DNA from: Planctomycetota bacterium
Lineage (GTDB): Bacteria > Planctomycetota > PLA2 > JAEUHO01
Direction of reading: 5' to 3'
Length of the DNA: 64,000 nucleotides
Assembly (NCBI GenBank): GCA_050248855.1
Contig: JBFWRP010000001.1
Location: forward strand, 59,134 to 123,133
Position 1 is the stretch's first letter, and each line of letters starts with the position of its first letter. Made by a program: the position numbers and the translations under genes. Positions 52,616 through 62,800 of the stretch are shown in pieces. The notes below the pieces were generated by a model that worked only from the letters and a program-made list of their open reading frames with translations, made no database searches and was not told the DNA's origin.

Positions 52616-53422
52616 ATGCACCCGGTCCTCGTCGACATCTCCGAGTCGATCAAGATCTACAGCTTCGGCACGTTCATCGTGCTCGCCTTCCTCGTGGCGT
52701 CGTGGTTCGCGCGTCGGCGCGCTTCCAAGCTGCTCGGCGTGGACAAGGAGCGCGTCTTCTCCGTCTGCTTCACGCTGCTCTTCATCGGGCTGCTCGGGGC
52801 GCGGATGGCCTACGTCTTCCTCAAGTACGAGGAGTTCGCCGCCCGACCGATGTCGTTCCTCGAGATCTGGAACGGCGGGCTCGTCTGGTACGGGGGGCTG
52901 ATCGCCTGCTTGCTGTGGCTCTCGTGGTACCTGCCTCGCAGGCCCGAGCTCAAGGGCTTCGCCCTTCTCGACATCCTGGCGCTTGCGGCCTGCTTGGCCA
53001 TCTTCGTGGGTCGCCAGGCAAGCTTCCTCAGCGGTGAGAACTACGGCAAGATTGCCCCCGGCCTCCCGTGGGCGGTCACCTTTCCCCCCGTCGCCTACAC
53101 GCAGGTTCCCGGCAGCCACATCGGCCAGCCGCTCCACCCGACGCAGCTCTACCACGCGTTGCATGGCCTCGTGCTGTTCGGGCTGCTGCTCGTGGTCGCC
53201 AAGCGCAAGCCCGGCCCCGGTGCGCTCACCGGCCTGTTCCTCGTGCTGTACGCCGTCGGGCGCGCCGTGATCGAGATCTGGCGCGATGACGATGTCGCGC
53301 GCGGCATGGCGTTCGGCGGTCGCGTCAGCACGAGCCAGCTGATCTCGATCCCCATCTTCTTCCTCGGCCTCGCCCTGCTGCTGTCGCGCTGGCGCAAGCG
53401 TGCCTCCCGGCAGGAGGCCTGA
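52616..53422 (+). CDS. lgt: Prolipoprotein diacylglyceryl transferase
   Basis: Lgt signature region (LGARMAYVF...WNGGLVWYGGLI...) in a polytopic membrane protein. Confidence 0.9.
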   Translation: MHPVLVDISESIKIYSFGTFIVLAFLVASWFARRRASKLLGVDKERVFSVCFTLLFIGLLGARMAYVFLKYEEFAARPMSFLEIWNGGLVWYGGLIACLLWLSWYLPRRPELKGFALLDILALAACLAIFVGRQASFLSGENYGKIAPGLPWAVTFPPVAYTQVPGSHIGQPLHPTQLYHALHGLVLFGLLLVVAKRKPGPGALTGLFLVLYAVGRAVIEIWRDDDVARGMAFGGRVSTSQLISIPIFFLGLALLLSRWRKRASRQEA

Positions 53423-53498
53423 TCCTCCGGTGGACGACGGGCGAGATCCTCGTCCCGCCAGCCAGGACCCGGCCAACGGCCCGGCAGCTGCGCCGCCC

Positions 53499-53930
53499 AT
53501 GTACCGCGGCCCCGACCGCCGCAAGCGGGCTACGCCCATGCTCTCGCGGTACTTGTTCCGCGGCCGCCGTCGCGCCGGCCGTCGCAAGGACGAACGCGAC
53601 CTCATCTACGTCGATCGGCCTGGCGGCTGGATCCTTGGCGCGTTCATCGGCGTGGTCGGCCTCTCCCTGCTCGACGCGTGGTACACGCTGGACCTCCTGA
53701 AGAGCGGCGCGACCGAGGCGAACCCCGTCATGCGGGCCGCGCTGCACCTAGGCGATCAGCACTTCGTCCTCATCAAGACGGTGGTCACCATCGTGGCAAC
53801 GTCGTTCCTGTGCCTGCACAAGAACTGGCCGCTCGGCCGCGTCTGCTTGGCCGCCGCGCTGCTCGGCTACAGCGCGCTCGTGCTCTACCACCTCCATGCC
53901 CAGGCCCTCGTCCGCGCCTTCGAGGGGTGA
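53499..53930 (+). CDS. Hypothetical small membrane protein (DUF5658-like)
   Basis: An Arg-rich N-terminus (YRGPDRRK, RGRRRAGRRKDER) followed by three hydrophobic helices. Start is uncertain (53499 or 53538). Confidence 0.45.
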   Translation: MYRGPDRRKRATPMLSRYLFRGRRRAGRRKDERDLIYVDRPGGWILGAFIGVVGLSLLDAWYTLDLLKSGATEANPVMRAALHLGDQHFVLIKTVVTIVATSFLCLHKNWPLGRVCLAAALLGYSALVLYHLHAQALVRAFEG

Positions 53931-53988
53931 TCGCACGCCACTGCCGATGCTCGCGGCCAGCGCTCCGTGGAACGCGCCGCCTGGCGTC

Positions 53989-55659
53989 TCAACGCCAGCT
54001 GGAGGGCGTGCAACGCGCGTAACGGGGTGCCGTCAGACGCAAGCGCTCCGACAGGCTGCCCGCCGCACGCCAGAGCTCGGCCTCGGCGACGCGCGTGTCG
54101 ATCTGGGCCCGGGCCAGCCGGGTCTGGGCCTCGGTCAGGAGCTCTTCCTGCTCGAGGACGCGGTACGGGGTGGACTTGCTCTCCGCGAGGCGCTGGCGCT
54201 CGCCGTCCAGTGACTCCCGGGCGGCCGCCACCTCGGCCTCGGCGGCGCGCCGCACGGCACTGGCCGTGCCCATCGCGCGGTGGGCGCGGCGCACGTCCTG
54301 CACGATCTGGTTCTCGAGCTGGCGCATCCTGAGCTGCGTCTGTTCGCGCGACCAGCCGGCCGCACGGAAGCGGGCCTTGGCGGCGCGCTGGCCCACGTAC
54401 AGCGAGACCTCGAGGCCCAAGCCCATGGAGAGCACCTCGCCGCCGGCGGCGTCCTTCACGCTGTCGAACCATCCCTCGCGAAAGCCGACCGTGCTGGCCG
54501 AGCCGACGAGGTCCACCGTCGGACGGAGCGCGTCGCGGGCTTCGAGCACCTCCACGCCGCGCGTGGCCAGCTCCGCTTGCAGCGCACGCAGCTCCGGCCG
54601 CGCCCCGAGAGCGAGGGCGACGGCCCGGGCCACGGGTAGCTGGTCGCCCGCCTGCAGCAGCGTGGCGGCGTCCGGATCGTCGACCGCCACGATGCGCGGC
54701 GCCGCCGTGGCATCCCGGAAGGGCCGAACCAGGGCCAGCAGGGCATCCGATGCATCGTCGAGGCTGCGCTCCGCCAAGAGCCGCTCGCTGCGGCGACGCT
54801 CCAGCCCCGCACGCGCCTCGGCGGCGTCCAGCGGCGTGGCCACCTCGGCTTGGATGCGGGCTTGGATGTCGTCGAGGAGCTCGGCGGCCACCGCCTCCGA
54901 GGCCACTCGCGCGGCCATGTCGCGCTGGGCGAACGCAAGCTCCCAGTAGGCGCGAAGGACGGCGAGGACGAGATCCTCGACGGCCGCGTCCTCGCCCGCG
55001 CGCGCGGCCGCCATGCCGTTGTGCGCCTTGAGGATCTCGCTCCGCGCGATGGAGCCGCCGCCTTGGCCCAGCGGCACGCGGAAGTCCACCGAGACACCAT
55101 GCCGCCACGCCGGGTCGACCGTGGACAGCGGGCGTGTGGTGTCGATGCGGTCCGCGCGATAGAGGAGGGAGATCTCGCCCCCCGTCGGGAGGCGTCGGCG
55201 GACACCGCCGTAGGCGGACCAGGTCGTGGTCCGGATCGCACCGCTGCCGAAGAAGGTCGAGGTGCTCGGTTCCTCGTCGCGACGCAGCTCGACGCCCGCC
55301 GTGAGCAGCCGATCGAAGCCGGCCTCGGCCTGCAGGCGCTGCTGGGCGGCAATCGGCGTGTCGAGGCGACGCTCGGCCAGCCCCAGGTCCGAGAGCAGGG
55401 CCTGCTCCAGGGCCTCGCGCAGCGTGAGCGGAAGCTCGTCGGCTGCGACCGACCCGGCCAGCGGGTCCGCGTCCGCCAGCGGGTCCGCGTCCGCCGGCGG
55501 GGCCACGTCCTGCCCGGCACCACCCTCCGCGCCGGTGGCCTCGCCGGCAACGCCTGCCGGCGGCGGCCCGTTCGGAGCCTGCGCCTCGTCCGCGACCGCG
55601 TCGGCAGCGAACAGGAGCGCCAGCACCGCGGCGGCAAGAAGCGGTCGGATGCCAGGCAT
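53989..55659 (-). CDS. TolC-family outer-membrane efflux protein
   Basis: Signal peptide, two-repeat OEP architecture with coiled-coil segments, and a DADPLA-DADPLA low-complexity insert. Confidence 0.75.
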   Translation of the reverse strand: MPGIRPLLAAAVLALLFAADAVADEAQAPNGPPPAGVAGEATGAEGGAGQDVAPPADADPLADADPLAGSVAADELPLTLREALEQALLSDLGLAERRLDTPIAAQQRLQAEAGFDRLLTAGVELRRDEEPSTSTFFGSGAIRTTTWSAYGGVRRRLPTGGEISLLYRADRIDTTRPLSTVDPAWRHGVSVDFRVPLGQGGGSIARSEILKAHNGMAAARAGEDAAVEDLVLAVLRAYWELAFAQRDMAARVASEAVAAELLDDIQARIQAEVATPLDAAEARAGLERRRSERLLAERSLDDASDALLALVRPFRDATAAPRIVAVDDPDAATLLQAGDQLPVARAVALALGARPELRALQAELATRGVEVLEARDALRPTVDLVGSASTVGFREGWFDSVKDAAGGEVLSMGLGLEVSLYVGQRAAKARFRAAGWSREQTQLRMRQLENQIVQDVRRAHRAMGTASAVRRAAEAEVAAARESLDGERQRLAESKSTPYRVLEQEELLTEAQTRLARAQIDTRVAEAELWRAAGSLSERLRLTAPRYARCTPSSWR

Positions 55660-55782
55660 GGGCCCTCCCGTGGGGCAGTCGGACGTCGGGCCCCTCTCGA
55701 ACCCGGCTCCTACCCGGTTGCGGATCGTACGCCGGGGCGCGAGGCCGCGGCAGGAACCTCCCCCGCGCCGGTACCTGCCTGT

Positions 55783-57084
55783 CTACCGGCCGTCCGCTTG
55801 GACGAAGAGCTCCGAGAGCAGGTGGTCGAGCCAGGCCAGCCGCTCGCCGTCCTCGCCCCGCGCCAGGCAGGCCGAACGCTCCCGCCGCAGCCAGCCGAGC
55901 GCATCGGCTGTCCGCACGCGCGCAAGCGCCAGCGTCGCCGCGTACCACAGGTCGGACCGTTCCAGACGCGCCGCCAACCAGGGCACGTCCTCGCCGCGGC
56001 GGGAGAGCCCCACGCCGCGCACGAGCGCCTCGAGCACGGGCAGGCTCTCCTCCCGGGCGTAGAAGGCCTGCCACTCCGCCGCGTCGGCGGGTGCCGCACG
56101 GGGCCCGAGCGTGCGCAGCCACGCCAGGCGGGCCTCGGGGCCCGCCGACCACCACCCCCAGCGCAAGTCGTCCCAGGCCGCACGTCGCCCTTCGCCACGT
56201 GCCTCGGCATGGCGCGCGGCCAAGAGGCGGGCCTGGGCGGCAGGGTCCTCCGCCCGCTCGAAGGCGGCCCTCCAGCGGTCCGAGGCGGTCCACGGCCCGC
56301 GCGGCGCGGGCGGGGGTGGGCTGGCACCCAGGTCGGCCAGCGCACGCGCCAGGTACTCGCGCTGGGGGCGACTCGTGGGGCCGGCCGCCACGCGGCGCAG
56401 CTCGAGCCGGGCTCGTTCGTCGAGGAGACGTGGGTGGTGGCGCGCGATCCACGCCATCTCGCGCGCCGCGTTCTCGCGCGTCCAGTGCCGCTCGTCGGCG
56501 AAGGCCCGGAACAGGCTTGCGAGCGTGGCGCGTACGCGCTCTGCGGGATCCTCGATGGCCAGCTGCACCTGGAGCCGCGACAGCGCCTCGACCTTCTGCT
56601 CGCCCTCGAGGCCGTCGGCGGAGAACAGGGCCAGCACCTCGTAGGCCCGGCCGCTCGCGGAGGCGGAAAGGAAGAGCGCGTGCCGGCCCCGGTCGGCGGG
56701 CGCCAGCATGGGAGCCGACGGAGCGCGCGGGTCCAGCGTGGGCTCGGGACCCGGCACCCACGCCACGATCGTGTCGCCAGCCGTGAGACCGGACTGGCCC
56801 GGCGGCGGCTCGGGACGCTTGAGCACGCGCTCGACATCGGCGCGCAGCAGCATCGGCCCCAGCGGGGCCCGACGGTCCTGGCGGATGTCGCGCACGCTCA
56901 CGACCACCACGACCGCGGCCGTGGACCAGGGCCCGGTCTCGGCCTCCAGCAGCGGCGGCCGGAAGGCCTCCGCCGCATCCGCGTCCGGCACCGCCACGAT
57001 GCTCGCGACGAGCAGCGCGGCGAGGAACGAGATGCGGCGCACGGCGCGCTGCCGCAGCGGCTCCTGGAGCTCCGGACGACCCAT
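55783..57084 (-). CDS. Hypothetical secreted protein
   Basis: Signal peptide, coding-like composition, about 430 aa. Confidence 0.45.
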   Translation of the reverse strand: MGRPELQEPLRQRAVRRISFLAALLVASIVAVPDADAAEAFRPPLLEAETGPWSTAAVVVVVSVRDIRQDRRAPLGPMLLRADVERVLKRPEPPPGQSGLTAGDTIVAWVPGPEPTLDPRAPSAPMLAPADRGRHALFLSASASGRAYEVLALFSADGLEGEQKVEALSRLQVQLAIEDPAERVRATLASLFRAFADERHWTRENAAREMAWIARHHPRLLDERARLELRRVAAGPTSRPQREYLARALADLGASPPPPAPRGPWTASDRWRAAFERAEDPAAQARLLAARHAEARGEGRRAAWDDLRWGWWSAGPEARLAWLRTLGPRAAPADAAEWQAFYAREESLPVLEALVRGVGLSRRGEDVPWLAARLERSDLWYAATLALARVRTADALGWLRRERSACLARGEDGERLAWLDHLLSELFVQADGR

Positions 57085-57132
57085 GGACCGAGGGTCGCTG
57101 CGCTACGTCACCGACCGACCATCGGCACGCGC

Positions 57133-57348
57133 CTAGCCTTGCATGCGCAGCGCGCGGTACGTCCGGACCGAGACCGGCCGGCCCCGCTGCGGGCGGAGGT
57201 CACCGAGGTGCTCCTCGCGGACCTTGGCGGCATGCACGTCGCGGTAGCGACGGCACTCCGACTCGGTGCCGACGAACAGCTCCTGGCCGTTCTGCCACAC
57301 CCCGTAGTAGCGCTTGCCATCGGCGAGACACTTGAAGACGAATTCCAT
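57133..57348 (-). CDS. Hypothetical small protein (71 aa)
   Basis: Internal Met MEFVFKCLADGKRYYGVWQNGQELFVGTESECRRY... has non-shadow composition. The upstream part of the track ORF is shadow-like. Confidence 0.35.
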   Translation of the reverse strand: MEFVFKCLADGKRYYGVWQNGQELFVGTESECRRYRDVHAAKVREEHLGDLRPQRGRPVSVRTYRALRMQG

Positions 57349-57615
57349 GGCGCGGGACTCCGGGCCGCGGGGGCCCTGGCGGTGGGAGGAGGAGGGGTGC
57401 GCGGGGCACCGCGCGCCGCTCGCGGCTCCCCCGAACCGCGCAAGCGACGTCCGGCCCGCCGCGCTCTCCATCGATCGTGATCGGCCGTCCACCGCGCGCG
57501 CATGAGCCCCAAGCCGCAAGAAGCGCGCAGCCGCTGGCAACCCGGTGGCGAAGTGCCCCGGGGAAGCGCTCGGGGCGCCGGCCTGCCTGGGCAGGCCGCG
57601 CCAGCAGGCACCTGG

Positions 57616-57644
57616 AGGCTGAGCCTGCAGTCCTGCTCAGCCTC
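57616..57644 (-). terminator. Hairpin immediately downstream of the anti-sigma stop
   Basis: GAGGCTGAG-(11 nt)-CTCAGCCTC is a perfect 9-bp stem. It abuts the stop codon at 57645..57647. Confidence 0.35.
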
Positions 57645-59033
57645 TCAGTAGGTGCGGTAGGCGGCCTGCCAGGCCAGCACGTCGAGGATGCGCGCCAGTG
57701 GCTGATCGGGGACGGCCACGGCCTGCGGCTGGGGCGGTGCCTGCGTGCCGTTCCCGGCGAGACGGCGCCATACACCCGCCGTGATGCCCTCGAGCGCGGC
57801 CAAGCCCGTGCTCGCAGCCGGCGTGGGGCTGGCCACCCCCGCCGCCCAGCTCGGGAAGCCCACCTCACCGGCGCGCAGCGGCCGGATGCCGGCGCGCGCC
57901 GCGGCGTCGGCCGCCCACACGCGCCAGGGGCTGGTCGCGTCGGCGGCGGCCGGCACCGCATCCAGCAAGGCGCGGATCTCCGCCGTGCGACGACGGACCT
58001 CCCCGACACCGAGCTGACCGTAGGCCAGCATGTAGTCCTCGGCGAGGGCCAACGCGGCCGGGGCAAGCGCGTCGCGCGGTGCCTCCTGCCGCACGTGGAG
58101 GCCGTTGCGGTCCGAGGCGAGCAGCGTGCGCCGGACGTGGTCCGCGGCGCGCGCCAGCCAAGCCGCGTCCGCGGCGTCGGCGCCGGCAGCGAGCGAGTGC
58201 CGCCCCTCGGCGAGGAACGGCAGCATGCCGAGCGCCGTCACGGCAGGGCTGCTCAGGGCCGCGGCGGCGTCGGCCGGCAGCGCCCCGTCTTCGTCCTGGT
58301 TCACGCGGAGCCAGGCCAGCGTCCGCTGGACGCGGCGGGCCGTGGCCGCGCCGTCCCAGCCAAGCCTCTCGAGGCGCGCCTGCCGCAGGCCATCGAGGCG
58401 ACGCACGAGCATCGGGATGGCCACCGCGGGCGGGTGCTCGGCGACCGCCGTACGCGCGCGCGGACCGATCACCTGCAACACGGCGGCGAGGTCCTCGTCG
58501 TGCGCGCCCCCGCGGTCGTCGTCGCGTCGCGCGATGCCCAGGCCGCCTCCCGTGATCGAGGAGGGCACTTCGGCGAGCCCTTCGGGCGTCGCAGCCCGGT
58601 CGCTCAACCACTCCGCGACCTCGAGCATCTCGAGCGCCGGAACCTCGCCGTCGCTCTCCGCCTCGATGCGCGCGGTCAGCGGCGCCTCGCGCTCCGCCGC
58701 TCCACGTCCCCCACCGTGTCCGGCCCACGCCGCGAGGAGAACGAGCGCCGCGGCGTGTGCGACCACCGACGCAGCCAGGAGCCGCGGCAAGAGGCGCCAG
58801 CGGCGTCCCGCGCGCCGACCCTCGACCCGGCCGCCACCCCGGGCGGGCGTGCGCTCTTCGGCCTCGACGTGGAGCCGCACGCTCCGCGCCACGGCGAACG
58901 CGTCGGCCTGGGCTTGGGCGAGCAAGGGAGCCAAGCGCGCCTCGTCCGCAGCACGCAGACGCTCGGCGTAGCGCTCGAGCTCGCGCTCGTCGGCGTCCGG
59001 GGCGGGCAGGTTGGGGTCGGCGGGTCGGCTCAC
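57645..59033 (-). CDS. Putative anti-sigma factor (single-pass membrane protein)
   Basis: Encoded directly downstream of the ECF sigma. A cytoplasmic N-terminus of about 75 aa, a single TM (LLPRLLAASVVAHAAALVLLAAWAG), and a large periplasmic domain. Confidence 0.5.
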   Translation of the reverse strand: MSRPADPNLPAPDADERELERYAERLRAADEARLAPLLAQAQADAFAVARSVRLHVEAEERTPARGGGRVEGRRAGRRWRLLPRLLAASVVAHAAALVLLAAWAGHGGGRGAAEREAPLTARIEAESDGEVPALEMLEVAEWLSDRAATPEGLAEVPSSITGGGLGIARRDDDRGGAHDEDLAAVLQVIGPRARTAVAEHPPAVAIPMLVRRLDGLRQARLERLGWDGAATARRVQRTLAWLRVNQDEDGALPADAAAALSSPAVTALGMLPFLAEGRHSLAAGADAADAAWLARAADHVRRTLLASDRNGLHVRQEAPRDALAPAALALAEDYMLAYGQLGVGEVRRRTAEIRALLDAVPAAADATSPWRVWAADAAARAGIRPLRAGEVGFPSWAAGVASPTPAASTGLAALEGITAGVWRRLAGNGTQAPPQPQAVAVPDQPLARILDVLAWQAAYRTY

Positions 59034-59142
59034 GGGTCCCGGGTTCGTACCTCGGCGGGTGGGAGGGTCACGGGAGCCGGCCGCGGGACGGTGGGTCCGC
59101 CCGGCCGGGCTCTCTCCGTGCCCTTGGAACGGGACACGGGGC

Positions 59143-59826
59143 TCATGGTTCGAACCCCCGCGCCGAAAGCCAGGCCCGCAGGCGTCGGACGGCCGCGTGG
59201 ACCCGCGACTTCACGGTGCCGACGGGGATCTCGAGGATCTCCCCGATCTCCTGGTAGCGCAGCCCCTCGACCTGGGACAGGGTCCAGACCTCCAGCAGGT
59301 CGGGCGGCAGGCTCGCGAGGGCCTCCTCCAAGGCCCGGCCAAGCTCCCCGCCGGCCAGGCTCTCCGGCGGAGGCGCCTCCGTCCCGGGCAGGCGCGAGGC
59401 CAGGGTGCTGCCCTCCTCGGCGTCGCCGCGCAGGTCCGCGGAGATCGTGTTCGGCTGGATGCCCTCGTGGCGCAACCGGTCGATCCAGTGGTTGCGCGCG
59501 ATGCGGAAGGCGTACGTCGTGAAACGGGCCTTCGCGACGTAGCTGCGCCGCGCCCGGTAGACCTTGACCAGGACCTCCTGCGCACCGTCCTCGGCCTCGT
59601 CCGGGCGTGCTCCCAAGCGGCGGAAGTAGCCGACGAGACGCGGGTAGACCAGCTCGACGAGCGGCGCGAACGCAGCTCGGTCGCCGGCGGCGACGCGGAG
59701 CATCAGCTCGGTCAGGGGGTCCTGCACGCTCGGGAGGATACGGAGGCCGTAGATGCGACGGCCGGAATCGTCGCTGGGGAGCTGGCGTGCAGGAGACTCG
59801 CGTCGACTCGCGTCGACTCGCGTCAA
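59143..59826 (-). CDS. ECF-subfamily RNA polymerase sigma-70 factor
   Basis: Region 2 (AQEVLVKVYR...FTTYAFRIARNHWIDRLR) and region 4 (LEVWTLSQVEGLRYQEIGEILEIPVGTVKSRVHAAVRRLR). The true start may be the internal MLRV near 59700. Confidence 0.85.
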   Translation of the reverse strand: MTRVDASRRESPARQLPSDDSGRRIYGLRILPSVQDPLTELMLRVAAGDRAAFAPLVELVYPRLVGYFRRLGARPDEAEDGAQEVLVKVYRARRSYVAKARFTTYAFRIARNHWIDRLRHEGIQPNTISADLRGDAEEGSTLASRLPGTEAPPPESLAGGELGRALEEALASLPPDLLEVWTLSQVEGLRYQEIGEILEIPVGTVKSRVHAAVRRLRAWLSARGFEP

Positions 59827-62800
59827 CGGGGAGCGGTCAGGTCGAACGGCACGACCAGGGGCTCGCCTTCCCCCACCTCGACCTCCATGCGGGAAGGTGC
59901 TTCGCGGGGCGCCGGAACGACTTCCACCGCGTAGGTCCCCGGCGCGAGGTCCGGGACGGCGACGATGCCGCTGCCTTCCTCGAGCTCGTCTTCACCGGGC
60001 CGCTGACGGCGCGGTCGCTCGCCCTCGGCCAGCACCGCCCCGTCGGCCAGCCGGACGACGGCAACGCGCACGGCCGCTACGGCCGCATCGCTTGGGCCCG
60101 TGACGAGCACGTGCAGCGCACCGGGTGCGACGAGCTCGATCTCGACCTCCGAGACCAGCCCCTCGCGCACCTGGACCGCGCGCGCCGGCGGGGAGCCCAA
60201 GCCCCGGCGAGCGACGAGCACGTACCACGTGCCTTCCGGCACGCCGCGTACCTCGACGCGTCCGAAGGCCGCCGTACGTCGCGGCCACGCAAGCAGTGCG
60301 CGTCCGGCGGCATCCACGATCTGCACCTGCGCGTAGGACACGCCCTGGCCCCACTCGTCGACGGCCGTGACGAGCACGCTGCCGCCGCGGCCCAGGGTGA
60401 TCACCGTCTCGCGCTCGCCGCTCGGCGGGTCGGGCCGTACCCCGTAGGCGCGCCCTGGCGGCATGCCGATCGCGGTGGCGCGAACGTCCACGTCTTCCAG
60501 CGCGAGACCCACGAGTCGGAAGCGGCCACGCGCGTCCGTCTTCCCTTGGGCCAGCGCAGGCACGCGATCGGGCGTGCCCGGTCGACGTGCCTCGACCCAC
60601 GCGCCCGTCACGGGTCGGCCGTCGAGATCCTGCACGCGGCCCACGATGCGACCATCGTGCACCTCGATGTCCACGACCTCCTCGTCGTGTTCCTCGAGGA
60701 GGAAGCGGCGCACGATGCGTGTCGCATCGACGGCGACCTCGAGGCGCGCACGACCCACGGCCACGCCCTCGAACCGGAACCGCCCATACGGGTCGGACGT
60801 GGCATGCCACGCACCGGGCGCCTCCTCGGCCTCCGACTCCTCGGCGCGTACCTCCAGGAGGACGCGCGCTCCCGCGACGGGCCGACCCGCGCGCACGATC
60901 TCGCCGCGGACGGCGGCCGTGCCCGCCGGGCCCAGCTCGACCTCGGTCTCCTCGTCGTGGCGCAGGGTCACCGTGACGGCTTGACGACCCTCTCCGCCCA
61001 GGCCCCGGGCGACTTCGACGATCCACGAGCCCGGCGCGAGATGCTCGACGCGAAAGCGACCGTCCGGCCCGGTGCGAACCCGCCGTGCCGAGGCGGTGCC
61101 CTCGAGCGGACGCACGATCACCAAGGAACCGTCCGAGCCGAGTCCCGATGCGTCGAGCACGGTGCCGAGGAGCGTCCCACCGGCTTCGACGACCCAGTCG
61201 TCCAGCACGCGTCGCTCGCCTTCCTCCAGCACCACGACGCGGTCGGTGGACGCCCGGCGCGGGTCATCGACGACGATGCGCCAGCGCCCGGCAGCCAGGC
61301 TGTCGAAGGCGACGTCGCCCGCGTCGTCCGCAAGCACGACGTGGATGTCCGACGCGGCCGGGCGGCGCGGCAGGTCCCGCAACGCGTCCCCCTCCTCGCC
61401 CTCGTCGGCCCAGGCCAGCACACGCAGGCCCGGCACGCCGACACCGGCCCCGTCGACGGCCCGGAACGCGAGCGACGCCTCGCCCGGCACATGCAGGCGT
61501 ACGTCCTGCACGTCGTCCTCGCGCACCACGACGATCTCCGGCGGGGAGGTACGACCGCCTTGCCGCGCGCGCAAGGCGTACACGCCGGAAGGCAGGCCGC
61601 CGACGCGGAACTCGGCTTCGACGACACGCGGCTCGAGGCGCAGACGCAGGACCGTGCGCCACGCCGGCGCCTGGACGTCGTCGTCGTCCGCCGGCACGGG
61701 CTGCGCGACCAACAGCTCGGTCGTGCCGCCGCGGCGCTCGAGGCCCGACACGCTGCCGGCGACGGCGGCGCGCGGCGCCAGGGCGATCTCCACTTCGTCT
61801 TCGGCACCGGGCACGACGCCGTCGAGCACGGCCAAGGGCAGTCCGGCGCCGCCCTCGTCCTCGTGGACTTCCAGGCGGTGCGTGACCCCGCGCAGCCCCG
61901 GGAAGCGGAAGCGACCATCGGCTCCCGTGCGCAGCCCCAGGTAGGCCGACGCGTCGTCGGCCGGGCGCGCGATCACGACCCACGGACCGCGGCGCGGATC
62001 GCGCGGGTCCGCCGTGAGGACGCGACCGGCCAAGGGCTCCGCGGGCACCAGGTCGATCTTGACCGGCCGGCCGCTCTTGACCGTGGCGGCGTCGACCACG
62101 ACACGGGCCGGTCGCCAGCCCGCCGCGCGGGCCACCACGACCAAGTCGACGAGGGGGACGGCCGCGAAGCGCGCCTCGCCGTCGGCATCGGCCACGGCGT
62201 GGGCCCGCAGGCCCTCCAGCGCGTCGTCGCCGAACGCCTGACGGCGGTCCCGCGGCGCGACCTCCATCTCGATACCGGGCGGAGCCCGACCATCGGGCCC
62301 CGTTGCGCGCACGCGGAGCGACGTGCTGCGATCGAGCTCGATGTCGCCCAGGTCGTCGTTGGTGTCGTTGGAGCGATCCTCGACCGGACCCAGCCAGGGC
62401 GGGGCCGTCGGTGCCATGACCAGCACGCGGAAGGGGCGATCCGGGCGCACGCCGGCAAGCACGAAGCGCCCGTCCTCCCCGCTGGTCGCACGTGCACGCA
62501 GCGGATCGTCCGGCGCCGGGTCGGCGCCCGCGTCCACGACTTCGATGCGCGCGTTGGCGACGGGCTTCCCCGCGGCATCCAGCACGCGTCCCCGATACGT
62601 ACGTCGGGGCACGACGACCCACGTCGCACTCACGACGCGGCCGGGGCGGTCGACGACGATGCGCGGCGGCGGACCGGACCAGATCCAACGCTCGTCGTCC
62701 AGACGTACGTCGTACGCGCCTTCCTCCAAGCGGGACACCAGCACGCGGCCTTCGTCGTCGGAAAGGCCCGTGGACACCGCGGCGCTCCCGTCGCGCGCCA